From: Eledone cirrhosa
Taxonomy: Eukaryota
NCBI GenBank assembly: GCA_964016885.1
Contig: OZ024742.1
Span: forward strand, 134,788,001 to 134,852,000
Reading direction: 5' to 3'
DNA length: 64,000 bases
Of this stretch, positions 38,425 to 51,844 are shown one piece after another. The number at the start of each line of letters is the position of its first letter. Position 1 is the stretch's first letter. The notes under the pieces were generated by a model. That model ran no database searches, was not told where the DNA came from, and worked only from the letters and a program-made list of their open reading frames with translations. A program made the translations under genes and the position numbers.

Positions 38425-39141
38425 GTGTACAATTCTTCTATTAGCACTAAGATTATCTCACAATTCTATACACTAATCAATAAACACTTTACAACTTCAC
38501 ATAAATACTATAAAATCTTTAACTCGCGCACCATTAGACTATCATACTCCACTGCACCTAACATAGAACAACTAATTAGAAAACTCAACTCAGCAATACT
38601 GAATAAGTACATCCCTAATGACTCAGCGCACCAGCATAGCAACATGCAACGCACTAACACGCAACCACAACCCCACCAAACTATCCAGGATTCTACTGCA
38701 AAACATAAAAATAGTTGTAACTGCACCAAACCAGGTACGTGCCCACTGAATAACCAGTGCCTAGCACGCAATATTGTCTACCGGTGTACAATAAATTCCG
38801 GGACCAACAAATGGTATTACGTCGGATGTACCGCAACTTCTTTCAAGGCTCGCCTATACCAACATCGATCTTCGATCAGGCACGAGAAAATGCGCTCCGT
38901 AACAACCCTCGCCGATAAAGCCTGGCAGCTTCGGAGGAGCAATCAAGCGTTCTCCCTTGATTGGCAAATTATTGCAGCTGCGCCTGCATATCAGCAAAAT
39001 CATCGATTCTGCAAGTTATGCAATTTAGAGATATACTGCATTTTAACGTCGGTAAACAAACTTTTGAACAGCAAAATTGAACGTTCTCTATACTGTAACC
39101 ATCGTTTGAAAACGACTTTTTCTTTTTTTAAATGCATATAA
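38425..39141 (+). CDS. PLE RT-EN linker and GIY-YIG endonuclease (5'-truncated; no true start)
   Basis: IWYNP (just upstream, in frame), KIFN.RT..LSYS, CxCx5C (CNCTKPGTC), IVY..YVG, FK.R..QH, CKLC..E, LLN.K.E..C.H. Confidence 0.85.
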   Translation: MYNSSISTKIISQFYTLINKHFTTSHKYYKIFNSRTIRLSYSTAPNIEQLIRKLNSAILNKYIPNDSAHQHSNMQRTNTQPQPHQTIQDSTAKHKNSCNCTKPGTCPLNNQCLARNIVYRCTINSGTNKWYYVGCTATSFKARLYQHRSSIRHEKMRSVTTLADKAWQLRRSNQAFSLDWQIIAAAPAYQQNHRFCKLCNLEIYCILTSVNKLLNSKIERSLYCNHRLKTTFSFFKCI

Positions 39142-39545
39142 TGTTACCTTTTTACACCAACGTTTGCAAATTTCTGTCTTATATGTTTATACACTAGATA
39201 TGGCTTTCTATAATAATAGTACTAAACACTGTTTTTCTGGACCCCTTTAGAAATAACCTGCTACTATAATAGCCCTAATAACTTGTCTGTGACATTGTAC
39301 CACTTTGACCCCTCTAACTAAATTTTGTCCGAACAACACCACTAGAAGTATCTACTTCCCAGCCAACCTTAGCACGCCTCATTAAGCTAACTGCTGCCAA
39401 AACATTCTCTCTTCACAATCTCTACTAGTCTGACAGTCTTAAACCCTAAGACTCCCTCCACCTTACTCACTTCCCTCTTCCCCTTCTCTTCCTACCTCCT
39501 TCTTTATCTTTTATCTAGTGTATAAAATATTTTCATATCATACAA

Positions 39546-39662
39546 AGGTCTGATGACATGGTGTGTTGGCTTACAGTGTACTTTCGGTTTTTGATAATAT
39601 TTGTGTATTATTCAAATAGCGAGGTATAGGTAACTCATACACTATAGAAACAATTGTTACCT
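39546..39662 (+). ncRNA. Type I hammerhead with a ~90 nt extended stem II
   Basis: aggt-CTGATGA-[long imperfect hairpin]-GAA-ACAATTGT-T-acct. Confidence 0.8.
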
Positions 39663-40094
39663 AATAAATTCTATATACCCGCATTTCCATTTCGTAAATT
39701 TTTTCTCCATATTTTCTCCGGATTTTAAAACACACTTTATTATACGTTGAGCAATCTCTGACGTCGGTTGACTCCATCCAATGCAACTACTTAGTAACAT
39801 TGGAATATAAATTATCTAATTATATATATATGTATATATATATATATATATACATTAGAATTGTCGGACGAGTGTGTTAATTATTGCGCTAAGGCCTCCC
39901 TGCCTCCCTATTAATCGTTTTTTAGTAGATTGTAGACCAATCACTTTAAGTCTGTTCACGCGTTTAAATTAAGAATTATTATGAATATGTAGTCATACCG
40001 ACGTAAATGATATTAATAATAATATTAGAGTAATATAAATATTAATTCAATGAATCGTGTAGAATATGTTGGAGAGATGGAAAATATTGGACAG

Positions 40095-40280
40095 ATGCGC
40101 TTGCTAGGAATTGAAACCTATATCATTATTATATTGAAAGAGACCGTTAAGCATTACACTAACTGGGCCTCGCTACCACCCACTCTCTATTATATTTTAT
40201 CATTCTAGCTGAAGAGTGAACGCCCTGGTGTCTTGAGAATCATTAAGAACATTTGAAACGTGAATGGTAATCGTCAATAA
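40095..40280. repeat. Degenerate tRNA-like head (minus strand) next to a degenerate HHR-like motif (plus strand)
   Basis: Minus strand GGCCCAGTTAGTGTAATGCTTA..GGTTTCAATTCCT (40095-40172). Plus strand CTGAAGA..GAAACG..CGTC (40209-40275); stem I does not pair. Confidence 0.35.
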
Positions 40281-40599
40281 TAACTATCATTTATAGAGAT
40301 CAATTTTCTTACGGTAGTCATGTATGTTCGGGCGACTATATTCTATATTTCAATTTTCTGAATTTTAATGCGTACACGTTATAATCACAATTCTAGCTAC
40401 ATGATAAATATCCTGTTTTATCAAGCTAGTCATATTTTTTTTTCTAAATAGGTCAAAATATTGGAGTTGTGTATAAAAAAAACTGATTCTCGTAGCCAGA
40501 GTAAATGGGGGAAGGGAACGTAAAAAACCGTTACAATTTGTGAATGGGAATGATGTAACATCATATAAGATGAATATAACCAAAATGATGTAATATTAA

Positions 40600-41900
40600 C
40601 CTGAAAAGACAGGCGACACTACTGCCAAAAATGGAAATTATGTCAGCCAAATCAAACTCGGATAGAAAAGCGTTGAACACACTGAGAATGATGGAAGAAC
40701 ATCATATTGGTGAACTCTAAATTTAACAATATCAAACACATTGGGAATTTGGGCGAATAATTCTATAATTCTATTGTGGATGTTAGTTTCACTTCTCAAA
40801 AACATGTTACGAAAAATCAAGAAGAATGAAGACATTCATGTGCAATTTGTGAGGAGATCAACTTTATGAATAGTCGTGTAGGATCAGGATATGTGCCAAA
40901 TTTCCTAGACTAATGTATGTCTGACGTACGGATATTTGAGGACCTGGAAACTAATACGGAAGCAACAGATTCAAAAAGAAAAGAAAGTTCAACATCTTCC
41001 AGGTTTATGAGGATGAACATAATGAATGACATTGTTAGGATAGCCACTGATCTACAAAAGAGGCATGGAATAAAACGAGATACAAATATTTCTCCCAGGA
41101 ACATTGGGGACTCAATGCTCGAACACATTTTAAAAAAATGGAACATTCCACTAACGAGCTTGAACATGAATACTTGAAATGAAAATCTCAGACCATAGAT
41201 GGAAAAGACAATACTAAAGGTTCAACATAGTGTTCCGAGAATACATAACATACCATCTCGAAGGATATTTCCATGCAATCCAGAAACAAGTAATCTCCAC
41301 TAACTAATTACTGCACAAAATATAATAAATGTAAAATGTTCAAAACAAAAACTAAAGATGTAAGCCATATTATTGTCAACTGTAAAATAGTGTATTCTCG
41401 TTAATTCCTATCGTACATATGAGGGAAGATGTCATAGCTAGAGTGCTCTGGAATGCATTACGGAAGACGGAAAAAATATAATAAAAAGGAATATGTTGAG
41501 TCATGTGGTTCAGATAATACTGGTGGTAACAACAAATAGAAACTGCCAACAAATTAAAGTACAACCGGCATATTTTTGTGTGGATCTCCACACCAAAAAA
41601 AGCTCTGCTGTAGTAGTCCGCTACCCACTTGATGTTAATGTGGTAAGAAAAATGCGAGAGAAAGACGATATATATAGCCCATTGATGAGGAGGTTGCAGA
41701 CCCACCGTCCAAGACACATATTTGGATTCATAGCCATCATTATTGAGGTTACAGTTTGTATAACAGCCCACCATGAGCAAAATATACCTGTTCTTGGATT
41801 TGTGGAAAGAGAATGTCTCTTCTTAATTCCTTAGCTACAGATGGCCATGATATCCTCAAACTTCAAAATCTGTAACCACTCTACCGATTAAATGGATGAT
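40600..41900 (+). pseudogene. Possible decayed DNA-transposase remnant (Sola-like?)
   Basis: SDNTGGNNK at ~41510 resembles the SDNCGGQNKN motif; otherwise only fragmented coding-like composition. Confidence 0.3.
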
Positions 41901-42529
41901 CGCTTACACAAGTGACGACGACAATTTCCTTTTTTTACCGCCTTTCCGCTGGGAAGGTGGCCGTTCAAATATAAACACAAAGACAATAGTAAGAGAGAGC
42001 ATATAAATGTATGGGCATACAGAAAAGTTTGCCAAATATGTACGTCAATGCTTAACAGTTTCATTACATTCAAATTGTGTTTGTCATTTCATACATCATT
42101 TACATATTAATATTAAATTAATGACTATAATTTCATCTCATTACACTGTTAGCAAAACAGTTTCATATTTATGAGCTGCCAGTCTTTCTGGCTGTATCTA
42201 TATCTCTTAGTCTATTATTTCTATCCATTCTATTTCTCCAAACCACTCTATTTCTCGTTTTCTCTATTTCTCAATCTGTTTTAACTCCCCCGTTTTCTTT
42301 CACTGTGTATTTCTGTCTTTCTCTCTCTCTCTCTTTCTCTCCCCCTCTCCCTGTCAGGATGTATGTATATATGTATATATATATATTTATATATATATAT
42401 ATTATAATCATCTCTCTATCGCCCCCCTTCTTTTTCTATGAATATAGTTTCGGGCTCTTTCCCACTTTATTGTATTAATTTTATTGTTTTACAATCATTG
42501 CAATCATTTCCTATTGCACAACCATACAG

Positions 42530-44830
42530 ACTCAGACTTGGAAGCTCTCGCGTCTTGCGACGCATGAGGCAATCATATTGTGTTCAAATCGCGTTCGGTC
42601 AGCAGCCAGTTGCACAACGTCCCGCCATTGTTTGTTTGTCACTCGTAGGTCCCTCTCAACTGTCTGGTGCCAGTTCATTTTGGGTTGCCCTCTCCGTCTG
42701 CTTCCCTGCGGGCTCCATTTAAGTACCTGGTTCGCCAGTCTCTCCGGAGGGAGTCTCAAAGCGTGTCCAAACCAGCCCAGGCGTCGCTTGCAGATGATAG
42801 AAGAGACTAGCTGCTGGTTAGTGCGGTTCCTGACTTCCTGGTTTGTTACATGGTCACTCCATTTAATCCCCAGGATCTTTCGCAGACATCTGGAATCAAA
42901 TGCGTCCAACTTCTTCTCTTGACTGGTCTTAAGGTGCCATGTTTCACTTCCGTACAAGAGTGTGGAAAGCACGTTGCTGTTGTATAATATCATCTATGTT
43001 TTGAGGGTGAACCTCCTGCTCTTCCAGATCTTGTCAAGCTGGTTAAATGCTGCTGAAGCCTTTCCCATTCTACATTGCAGTTCACTGTCCATGGTGCCCT
43101 CATTGTTAATGGAGCTTTCTAGGTAGGAGAAGCTGCTTGTGCCTCCTCTGCCTTTCTCTCAAGCCACATTCGTTTGTCCTTTTGGGTGCTGCATTTCACC
43201 TCATTGTCCTTCTCAACATACTGCTGATATACTTTGATGGCCTCTGAGGTAGTGGCATGCCTCTGCTGGTGTAGGGCTTTCCTTTCATTAATCAGTTGCC
43301 AGGTGTTGTCGCTGACCCAAGCTTCTTCTGAGGGACTTCCTGTAGCCCAGGATTTCTTCCTCTGCAGCTTCTATGGTATTCTTCATTTCCTCCCACCAAT
43401 TGACCGAGCTGGTGCAGACTCCTCAAGGACAGCAAATCTGTTCCTCAAAGCAGCCTCGAACTGTGCTTCTGAGCCACTGTTCTTCAGCTTGGTAGTGTCA
43501 AAACGCCTTGTACTGGGTGCTTTCTTCTTCTGCTTCTTCAGTCTGATTTTATGTTTGGTAACAGACATCTGCGCCTCAATAGACTCTGACGTCCTGCAGG
43601 CAAGGAGTTCTCCATCTTGGGCCAATTGAAATGTGGTATATTTGCGTTTTGGTCCTCTGGTCGTTCGAAGCCCACGTGACCTTGTTGATGTTCTTGTGGT
43701 CAAATAGTGACGAGCCGATTTTCATATTGTTCATGGCACAGAACTGGACAAACCTCTCCCCGTTGTCCGTGCAGTTTCCATAAGCATGGGGGCCAAGTAC
43801 ATGTTCAAAGACAACCCAGCTTCCCCCGATCTGTGCGTTCATATCTCCCATGATGATCAGGATGTCATGACGTGGGGTTTTGTTGACAACATCTTGTAGT
43901 TGCTTGTAGAAAGCGTCCTTGTCATCGTCGTTATGTTCGTTGGTTGGAGCATAGCACTGAGCTATGGTGACCTTTGCATGTGATGTGGTGAATCTTGCTG
44001 TCTTTAGGCGTTCATTGATAGGAGTCCACTCCACAAGGTCACTACTGGTAGCCCTGTCCATGATGATTGCAACGCCATCTCGGTGGGTCCCGTTCTGACG
44101 GCCTGAGTACAGGATGATCTTGTTTTCATGGACAAACTTCCCAGAGTCAGTCCAGCGGACATCGCTGAGGCCCAGGATGTTAATTTTGTAGGCCTCCATT
44201 TCTCCGATAACTTGCGCAAGTTTGGATGGTTGGTACAGAGTTCTTATGTTCCAATATCCAATATGTGTTTTTGCAGACAGAATTCTGGTCCTCAGGATGT
44301 CGGCTTCCTCATTGAGACTTTAGCCGACACGCGTCACACAATATCCGGTGAGAGACAACCGTTCTGCTGACTGCTTGGAATTTGAATTTGATGCACTATG
44401 AATTGTTTTCGTAGCAGGAGAGTTTTTCCGGGAACAGGTCGCTGACCTGAAGCCCAACCACTGACATTTAGTAAAGAGACAGTAAGTGGAGTAGACTCTG
44501 GTAGAACTGCAAACCAATGGCCATGGAATACAATGGCCATGGAATATGGTGTGGGTCGCCTTCAGTCCTGGACCGGTGCCGAGGGAGGATTTCCTTCTTT
44601 AACCAATGGCTTCCTTGTTGAAGCTCATACGCCTAGTGGTGCCGTGTCAACACCACCGCCTTCCCACCAGCTGAAGGGGTGTGCCGGGGCATGGCGCTTA
44701 CAGCCACACGTGAGAGATTTAGGGGATGGGTGAGGGCCAGTGATGACTGACCCCCCTACCAGTTAGGGTGCAGCTGTCAACCATCAAGGGTACTACCCCT
44801 GACCAAGCTCCCTATGCCCCAACCATACAG
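42530..44830 (-). pseudogene. RTE-clade LINE, internally deleted (5' UTR + EN + RT C-terminus)
   Basis: EN: ILGLSDVRW..GVAI..CYAPT..FY.QLQ..MGDMNAQIG..NGER. RT end: FSYL.S..LLYGSETW..CLRKIL..RRLGWFGH..GSRRRG.P..W. The RT core is deleted near 43140. Confidence 0.9.
44624..44820 (-). ncRNA. Degenerate HDV-like ribozyme at the RTE 5' end
   Basis: P1 GGGGCAT/ATGCCCC, P3 GGC/GCC with a 7-nt loop TGTAAGC, GG after P1, branched P4, C-TAG, and an imperfect P2 CTCACGTGT/GCGTATGAG. Confidence 0.55.
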
Positions 44831-45294
44831 AGATGTAGACTTAAACACATGAACCCTATTAACATCAGTCATCGAATTCTAATACAAACACAACTCATAC
44901 TGTTAACATTTTTCCACAGAATCATAAGAATGACAACGTACTTCCCAGGCCGATTGTGCATACCATATTTGTGTCACAACTGAACCGTTCAATTTCAAGA
45001 TCAACCATTTCACGAATATCCACTCAGTCCATTGACCGATCCCAAACTCCCTGTCTATCCCTGATTGTGGTAAATGGTATTGAGGATGAATCACATGACT
45101 ATCAACTGAAACCTTAAAATTCACCTATATACAATGGACACACATGTGTAGATGCACGTATATATGCATGTCTACATTCAATCATATATATACATATGTC
45201 TGTGTGTGTGTGTGTGTGCGTGTGTGTGTGTATGTGTCGGTGGATGTGTACAACTCTCTCTTTATGCACTCATATATGTATGTACAGATAAAGA

Positions 45295-45600
45295 CCACCT
45301 CTCAGGAATCCCCGTGGGACTTGCACCTAGAAAGTACCCCCCTAAACGGAATTCAGGGCAAGGTTGATTGTGTATGTTCAGCAGTTATACATGTATACCA
45401 TTCCTCACTCCCCATTCCCCCGATGTTGTCCAAGAGAAAACCAAAGACCTATGCAGCTTGGCTCCATTGACGTCTCAATTCATTTCTACAAATGAATAAA
45501 CTGGAGCAACGAGAAATTAAGTGTCTTGCTAACGTATAGAACACAAAACCAGGTTTGGGAATCGAACTCATGATTGTGAAGCCTACGCTCTAACCATAAA
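45295..45600 (-). mobile_element. SINE family 2
   Basis: Colinear with 27925-28229. Confidence 0.75.
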
Positions 45601-46021
45601 GTCATATACAAAATTCATTGTGAATTAGTGCTAATGGTTATTCTGAATAATTTGCCAAAGCGGGCAATTTGATATACGTTACTTAGAAATAAGTTTTATG
45701 AAAAGAAGCAATATTACAGCAAACGCAAAAATGCATGTAAATAAAATTAATAATTGATAACATTTAAATACATATTAAATTGACATGAGCAGCACAAGTA
45801 TTTAAAAGGAAATGGAACACATATAATAACGGAAAAATATTTCGTCCAAAGACCTGCCTTTGTTTTAATTGGTCATCATATTCGATGTAATAAGAAAACA
45901 TTAGTAAGAGTCTGCGGCGTACAAATATTAATATATGTCTCGTTTTGAATTGATTCATAAACTTATATCAATTCATCCCTCAGAACTGAAATGTATCACG
46001 CACACAAAACATACATTCACA

Positions 46022-46084
<63 letters not shown>

Positions 46085-46090
<6 letters not shown>

Positions 46091-46999
46091 GGAAAAAATG
46101 AAACGATATTTCATTTCCCACTCTTAGTACGGCTGTTACTTAAATATAAGTATGTACACGTACATACATATATGTATACCGACGTACAGTAGTATGTATA
46201 TATATATATACATACATGCACACATATATATATGCACGTATGGATTCACCGAATATTAATTATAATGCTCGGTGTGTTTGTAAACAAACATCCCGTATTA
46301 AGCCGTAGTGTCTAGCAACCACCGTTGCTCGTTTGTTCAACACTGACAAAGGAACGCTGTACTAGTTTCAAGCTTGTTAGCTATCGTCAGCAACGTATAC
46401 CTTCCTGCCAGATTGTTGAACGTATATACTTACCTTATGCATATTAACGGCTGAGTAGCCCAATTTGCATATCGAGTGAGTTAATCGGCCGGGTGCACCG
46501 AAAACGATAAACGGAAAAAATGAAACGATATTTCATTTCCCACTCTTAGTACGGCTGTTACTTAAATATAGGTATGTACACGTACATACGTATATGTATA
46601 CCGACGTACAGTAGTATGTATATATATATATATACATACATGAACACATATATATATGCACGTATGGATTCACCGAATATTAATTATAATGCTCGGTGTG
46701 TTTGTAAACAAACATCCCGTATTAAGCCGTAGTGTCTAGCAACCACCGTTGCTCGTTTGTTCAACACTGACAAAGGAACGCTGTACTAGTTTCAAGCTTG
46801 TTAGCTATCGCCAGCAACATATACCTTCCTGCCAGATTGTTGAACGTATATACTTACCTTATGCATATTAACGGCTGAGTAGCCCAATTTGCATATCCAG
46901 TGGGTTAATCGACCGGGTGCACCGAAAACGATAAACGGAAAAAATGAAACGATATTTCATTTCCCACTCTTAGTACGGCTGTTACTTAAATATAAGTAT
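46085..46999 (-). mobile_element. Tandem retrozyme-like element (422/424 bp monomers, 2.2 copies)
   Basis: Units start at 46085, 46507 and 46931 and are near-identical. Non-coding; one HHR per unit; (TA)n flank. Confidence 0.85.
46355..46395 (-). ncRNA. Minimal type I hammerhead ribozyme, intact core
   Basis: cgttg-CTGACGA-t agct aaca agct t-GAA-ACTAGT-A-cagcg. The copy at 46779-46819 has CTGGCGA. Confidence 0.85.
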
Positions 47000-49042
47000 T
47001 TATATAGTGATGTATATGTGTATATATGAGCGAATGTGTAATTACCGATCTTGGTTGCTCTACAGTTTTATTTCCTCCTAATCATGTGAAAAAATAATTC
47101 ATTTTATGTTTATACTTATCTATTCAAATAACTTTCAGACCACTTATGTACGCATGTGTGTGTGTATGTCTGTGTGTACAGATTAACTTTCATATATTTA
47201 TACAAGTCTATTTCAATTTTTTTCTGATTTAAATTCCTATTTCTGACCAGCATTTTATTAACAACCTCTTGTATTTTTTTTAGTTACAATATTTTTTTTT
47301 TTTTTCAAATATTATTTATATTTTTCTATGCGTATGATTTTTCTCTTACTTTCGTCTCAACACATTGTTAAAGCAATTTATTCTAATTCGCTCATTCTTA
47401 TTCCTCTTTTTTTAATATACTTTTTAAATTGTGTCTGCCTTTTTTTCATATATTTTTTTTAACCTTTATATATTTAATACTTTCCTGACAATTTATATTG
47501 AACATTTTCCCCACTCAATATTTTGTATTATTTCAGTTTCATGTCCATTGTTCATTTTCCATTTTTCAATTCATTGTTAGTCAACTTGAAATATTTTAAA
47601 GGTATTTATTTGGATCATATTATGTGTGTATGTGTGCATATTTGTATACATACAAAGACACATATAGACACACCAACCCCATAAAATGACAGCTACACAA
47701 CACACACATATATAAAATATATATATAATATTATATATTATATATATATATATATGCCTAGATATGTATGTTATGCTGTGCACATCTGTATATTTTTGCC
47801 GTTAATGCTAAATTCTGTTGTTTTTTTAATTTTTTTAATGTCTATTTGAATTTCATTGAAAAATGCTTGAATAATCTGTCAAACAATGATTGCTGCAAAA
47901 TAAAAAAAATGAATAACAATAAGTTATTTATGTAAATTATAACACTAAATGTTATGCTTTAGAAATTCTGCAACAATCCTTTTACCTCTTGCCCCTACTT
48001 TGGCGTTTGTTTATGAATTATTTCTTCTTATTTTATTGAAAATAACAATAAGTACAATTGCAATAACTAACTCAACAACAATTAATAGCCCAAAACTCCA
48101 ATAATCATAACAATTGTTTCTTATATTTCCATAATCATAATAGCCATTTCCTATTCTTGTATAGTATCTAATATATTTATTTATTATTTATTTAAATGAA
48201 AGTAAATACGTGGTTAGATTGTGTATATTGTTTTCTAGGAACATTATCATCAGAATTAAAATGATTTTTTCTGAATTTTTCATGGGTATCAATTTGTGGG
48301 ATCGTGGGGTTATAACACAAATCTGCTTCTATTTCAATAACGAATGTTCGTGAAGTTTTGTTTGTGTTCATTACGATATAATTTAGCTTTTGGAAAATTA
48401 CAAAATATGACGTACTTGACATTCATGAGGATTATGATGCCATTAATGTCTGAAGCCATTAACTAAATGTAGTGAAGATATGTATCAGGATTTGCTACAT
48501 TTAAAGTATTTGGATTTTTGTTTGCATCTTAAGTTCTTTGCGTGTTTAATTAATCTATTGTCTAATTAATCATTTATATACCTCCATATTTATCAAGTTT
48601 AAGCTGTTGCAAGCATGGAAACTAAATTTCCTCTTAAAAAAAATGTCTACACTACTCTTCAATCTCAGGGACCGTGGAGAATGTCTTATGGGGCTGCCTA
48701 TCCTGTCTTGATTAAATGATAAATCAATGAATAACTAAACTCGTCCCTATAGTAGCATATGTGTTGAATTATTTGATCGGCAATCAGAAATGAGTGATGG
48801 CAGATTAGACAGTCGAACAAAACAGAGTGCAGTAATTTGTCCTGTTATTGTTAGTGTCTGAATTTAAATCCTGCTGTTGTTGATTTTACCCTGCAATCTC
48901 CAAGGCCCCATAAAATTCTTATAATCTAAGCAATTAATTAGATATAATTGAAAGCTGCATTATGTAACTTGCTTATTTTAGAAACCACACATAATATTAG
49001 GCTTTCCATGCTTCTGCTATTATTTTTTTCATAATTCAATTA

Positions 49043-49531
49043 ATAATTGTTTCTACTCTGTTCTGCAAAGCATGGTGTCTGACGCTCTATCGATACTGCC
49101 AATCCAATGACCTTATTTCAAGTAATAACCAATCAACATTTTTCAAGTAATAATTGTTTCTATTTTGTCACAAGTCCACTAAATACCCAGTATATTACTG
49201 GTACTTTATTTTATCGACCCCGTAAGGATGAAAGGCAAAGTTAACCTCGGCGGGATTTGAACTGAGATAGTAAAGGGACGTAACTATACTGGAAAGCATA
49301 GTGTCCAATCCTCAACCGATACTGGCAATTCACCGCCTTTTTAAGTGATAATTGTTTCTACTTTTGGCACAAGACCAGCACTTATCCCTGTGCATCACTT
49401 GTACTTCATTGTATCGACCCCGTAAGGATGAAAAGCAAAGGTAACCTCGGTGGGATTTGAACTCAGAATGGCAAGGACCGTAACTCTATGCGTCAAAGCA
49501 TGGCGTCTGACCCTCTACCGATACTGCCAAT
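49043..49531 (-). mobile_element. Cluster of SINE family 1 copies (49025-49115 deleted, 49152-49337, 49350-49531)
   Basis: Three same-orientation copies; older relatives at ~49670-49880 and ~49960-50095. Confidence 0.85.
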
Positions 49532-51732
49532 AATGATGATTTCTAAGAGAAGTTAAAATGCTTATATTTGATTCTGAGAGGTATTACTTTTATTGATAGA
49601 GTATATAACACATCTTAAACAAACTGAGGAAAATATCGACGTTTTTCTCGCACTCACGAAAAGAATACTCTCTTCTAACATTGGAACAAGGCCAGCAATT
49701 TAAGGGAATAGTAAGCTTGATGATATCAGCCTATGTACATTAGTGGTGTTTTATTTTAGCTAGCCGAAAGGTTAAAAGGCGAAGATAACTATGGTGGGAT
49801 TTGAAACCAGGAAATGGAATTTCGTAAAAGAATACTGTAATTATTTAGTCTCATCCACTACTGATAAAGCCAATCCACTGCATTTTCGATAAGAATGATA
49901 ATAATCATTTATATTATAGTTACTAAACTAAATGTTGAGGGTAGGTTGCATTTTATTTCCTTGACACTCCATTTTATAGACCGCGGAAGAAGGAAAAGTG
50001 AACTTGACATCACTTGGATTTGAACTCAGAACGAAACTTGCTTGAACGTATTTCGTAACAATCTCTGTGCACCGTTCTAAATATTTTGCTGAAATACTGC
50101 AACAACAGCAGCAGATTAAGCAGCAGCAGTGTAATCAGCAGCAGAATAAACAGCAGCCTATTTTTCTAATAAGCAGAACAGCGAATGACAATGCTTGGGA
50201 ACAATGGAAAAGAATTAACTGAATAATTCATGAAGGAGTATATTTCACGCAATCAATCCATTCTATTCCTCTCAACATAATTCGTAAGATTTGGTCATCA
50301 TATTTCATTCATAATAATGCTGAATTTTTTTACTGCATTAACCCTAGCCCCTTACTTGAAAATGGTTGTTTCAGTTACCTCCCTTTGTGACTATCTGTCG
50401 ATTTAAAATCGTTTCTTCATTCCTTATGTTCTCCTACTCTTTGTTAAGAATTTATCCTTCTAATTCCGGTGAAGAATTACTTTTTTATCTCTATTTCTTA
50501 AACTTGTAGTCGTTATTCATTTATTATTATTTTTTCCTTATTTTTTCTTTTCGTATGTTCTTTGTTCATGTCAGGCTCCAAATACATTTTTTTCTGAATC
50601 ACTTTTCTATCCGTTTACTTTCATTAATTTATTTGTCTCTATGTCAATATTTGTCTTCCTAAATAACGATCTTTTTTCGTTAGATTCACAGTCTTATTAA
50701 CCTTGCTAAACCTATTTTCTCATTCTTATCATCATCATCAACATCATCTATTTTTTATAACTATTATCATTATTCATATTAGTAGTAGTTGTGGTGGTGG
50801 TGGTAGCATTACTAGTAGTAGAAGTAGTAGAAATCGTATTATTATTGTTATATTTATCCTTTTCTTTCCCAAATATTATTTTCTTTCGTCGTATATTCAA
50901 CATCATTATCAAAATGAACACTCAGCATTAGCCTTTTCTATTCCATACGGAATTTGTATGTGTGTCCATCTGCCTATGTGTATGTATACGAATGTAGATG
51001 GATGTGTAAATACAGGAACGTCCACAAACATACGTGTGTGTGTGTGTGTATCTATGCGTGCATACAGTGTTTTTTTAACATGTTTGAGTGGAGATCGTAT
51101 TTCGTTTCCCATTCTGACGTATCATACTTCGACCCCAAACCAGTCCCACCGAGTCATTGCCAGTGCACAATCTCTATCTCAATTTCAAACACATTAACAC
51201 ATCCATCCATATACACATACGTACATGCATACACAACATAGGTACACACGTACATACATGCTTATGTGCAAGCAATCCTACAGGCCTATTTACATATAGA
51301 CGCGCGCGCACACACACACAAGGCTCTTAACGACACAAAAAGCGCCATCCGCTTAAACACAGATATACATTCTCCAGGAAACATCATTATCATAGAGAAG
51401 CATATGCTCTATTGTTCCTATCGTGTTTGGACACCAACATGAGAATCTACTTTTGATGAAATAGGATCGACGAGGTTGAGAGTGCATCTGCAGGGGTGGT
51501 GTTCTGAGGGGTGATATAACTTTGGAATTTCGGTATCGAATGACAACTGTGTGAAATACATTGCAAGCGTCTTGTGCTCAGTTACATTGTTTTCAAAGGG
51601 AAAACCTTTCCCTTACGAAGAGGATATATTTTTATTTATGTCTTCTTTTTTTTCTTTTGTCTTCTTTGTCTCTGGAAGTCGTTTCCATGCTAACGTACTT
51701 GTTTAAGTAATTGAGAACATGTATGGATAGAT

Positions 51733-51844
<112 letters not shown>

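Noticed and set aside
46343-46379. Plus-strand HHR-like reading CTGACAA..AAGCTTGTT
   Set aside because: It lacks GAAA and the canonical core; the minus-strand reading gives a complete hammerhead.
46085-46999. CRISPR array or ordinary satellite
   Set aside because: Eukaryotic context, no short repeat-spacer structure, and only 2.2 units.
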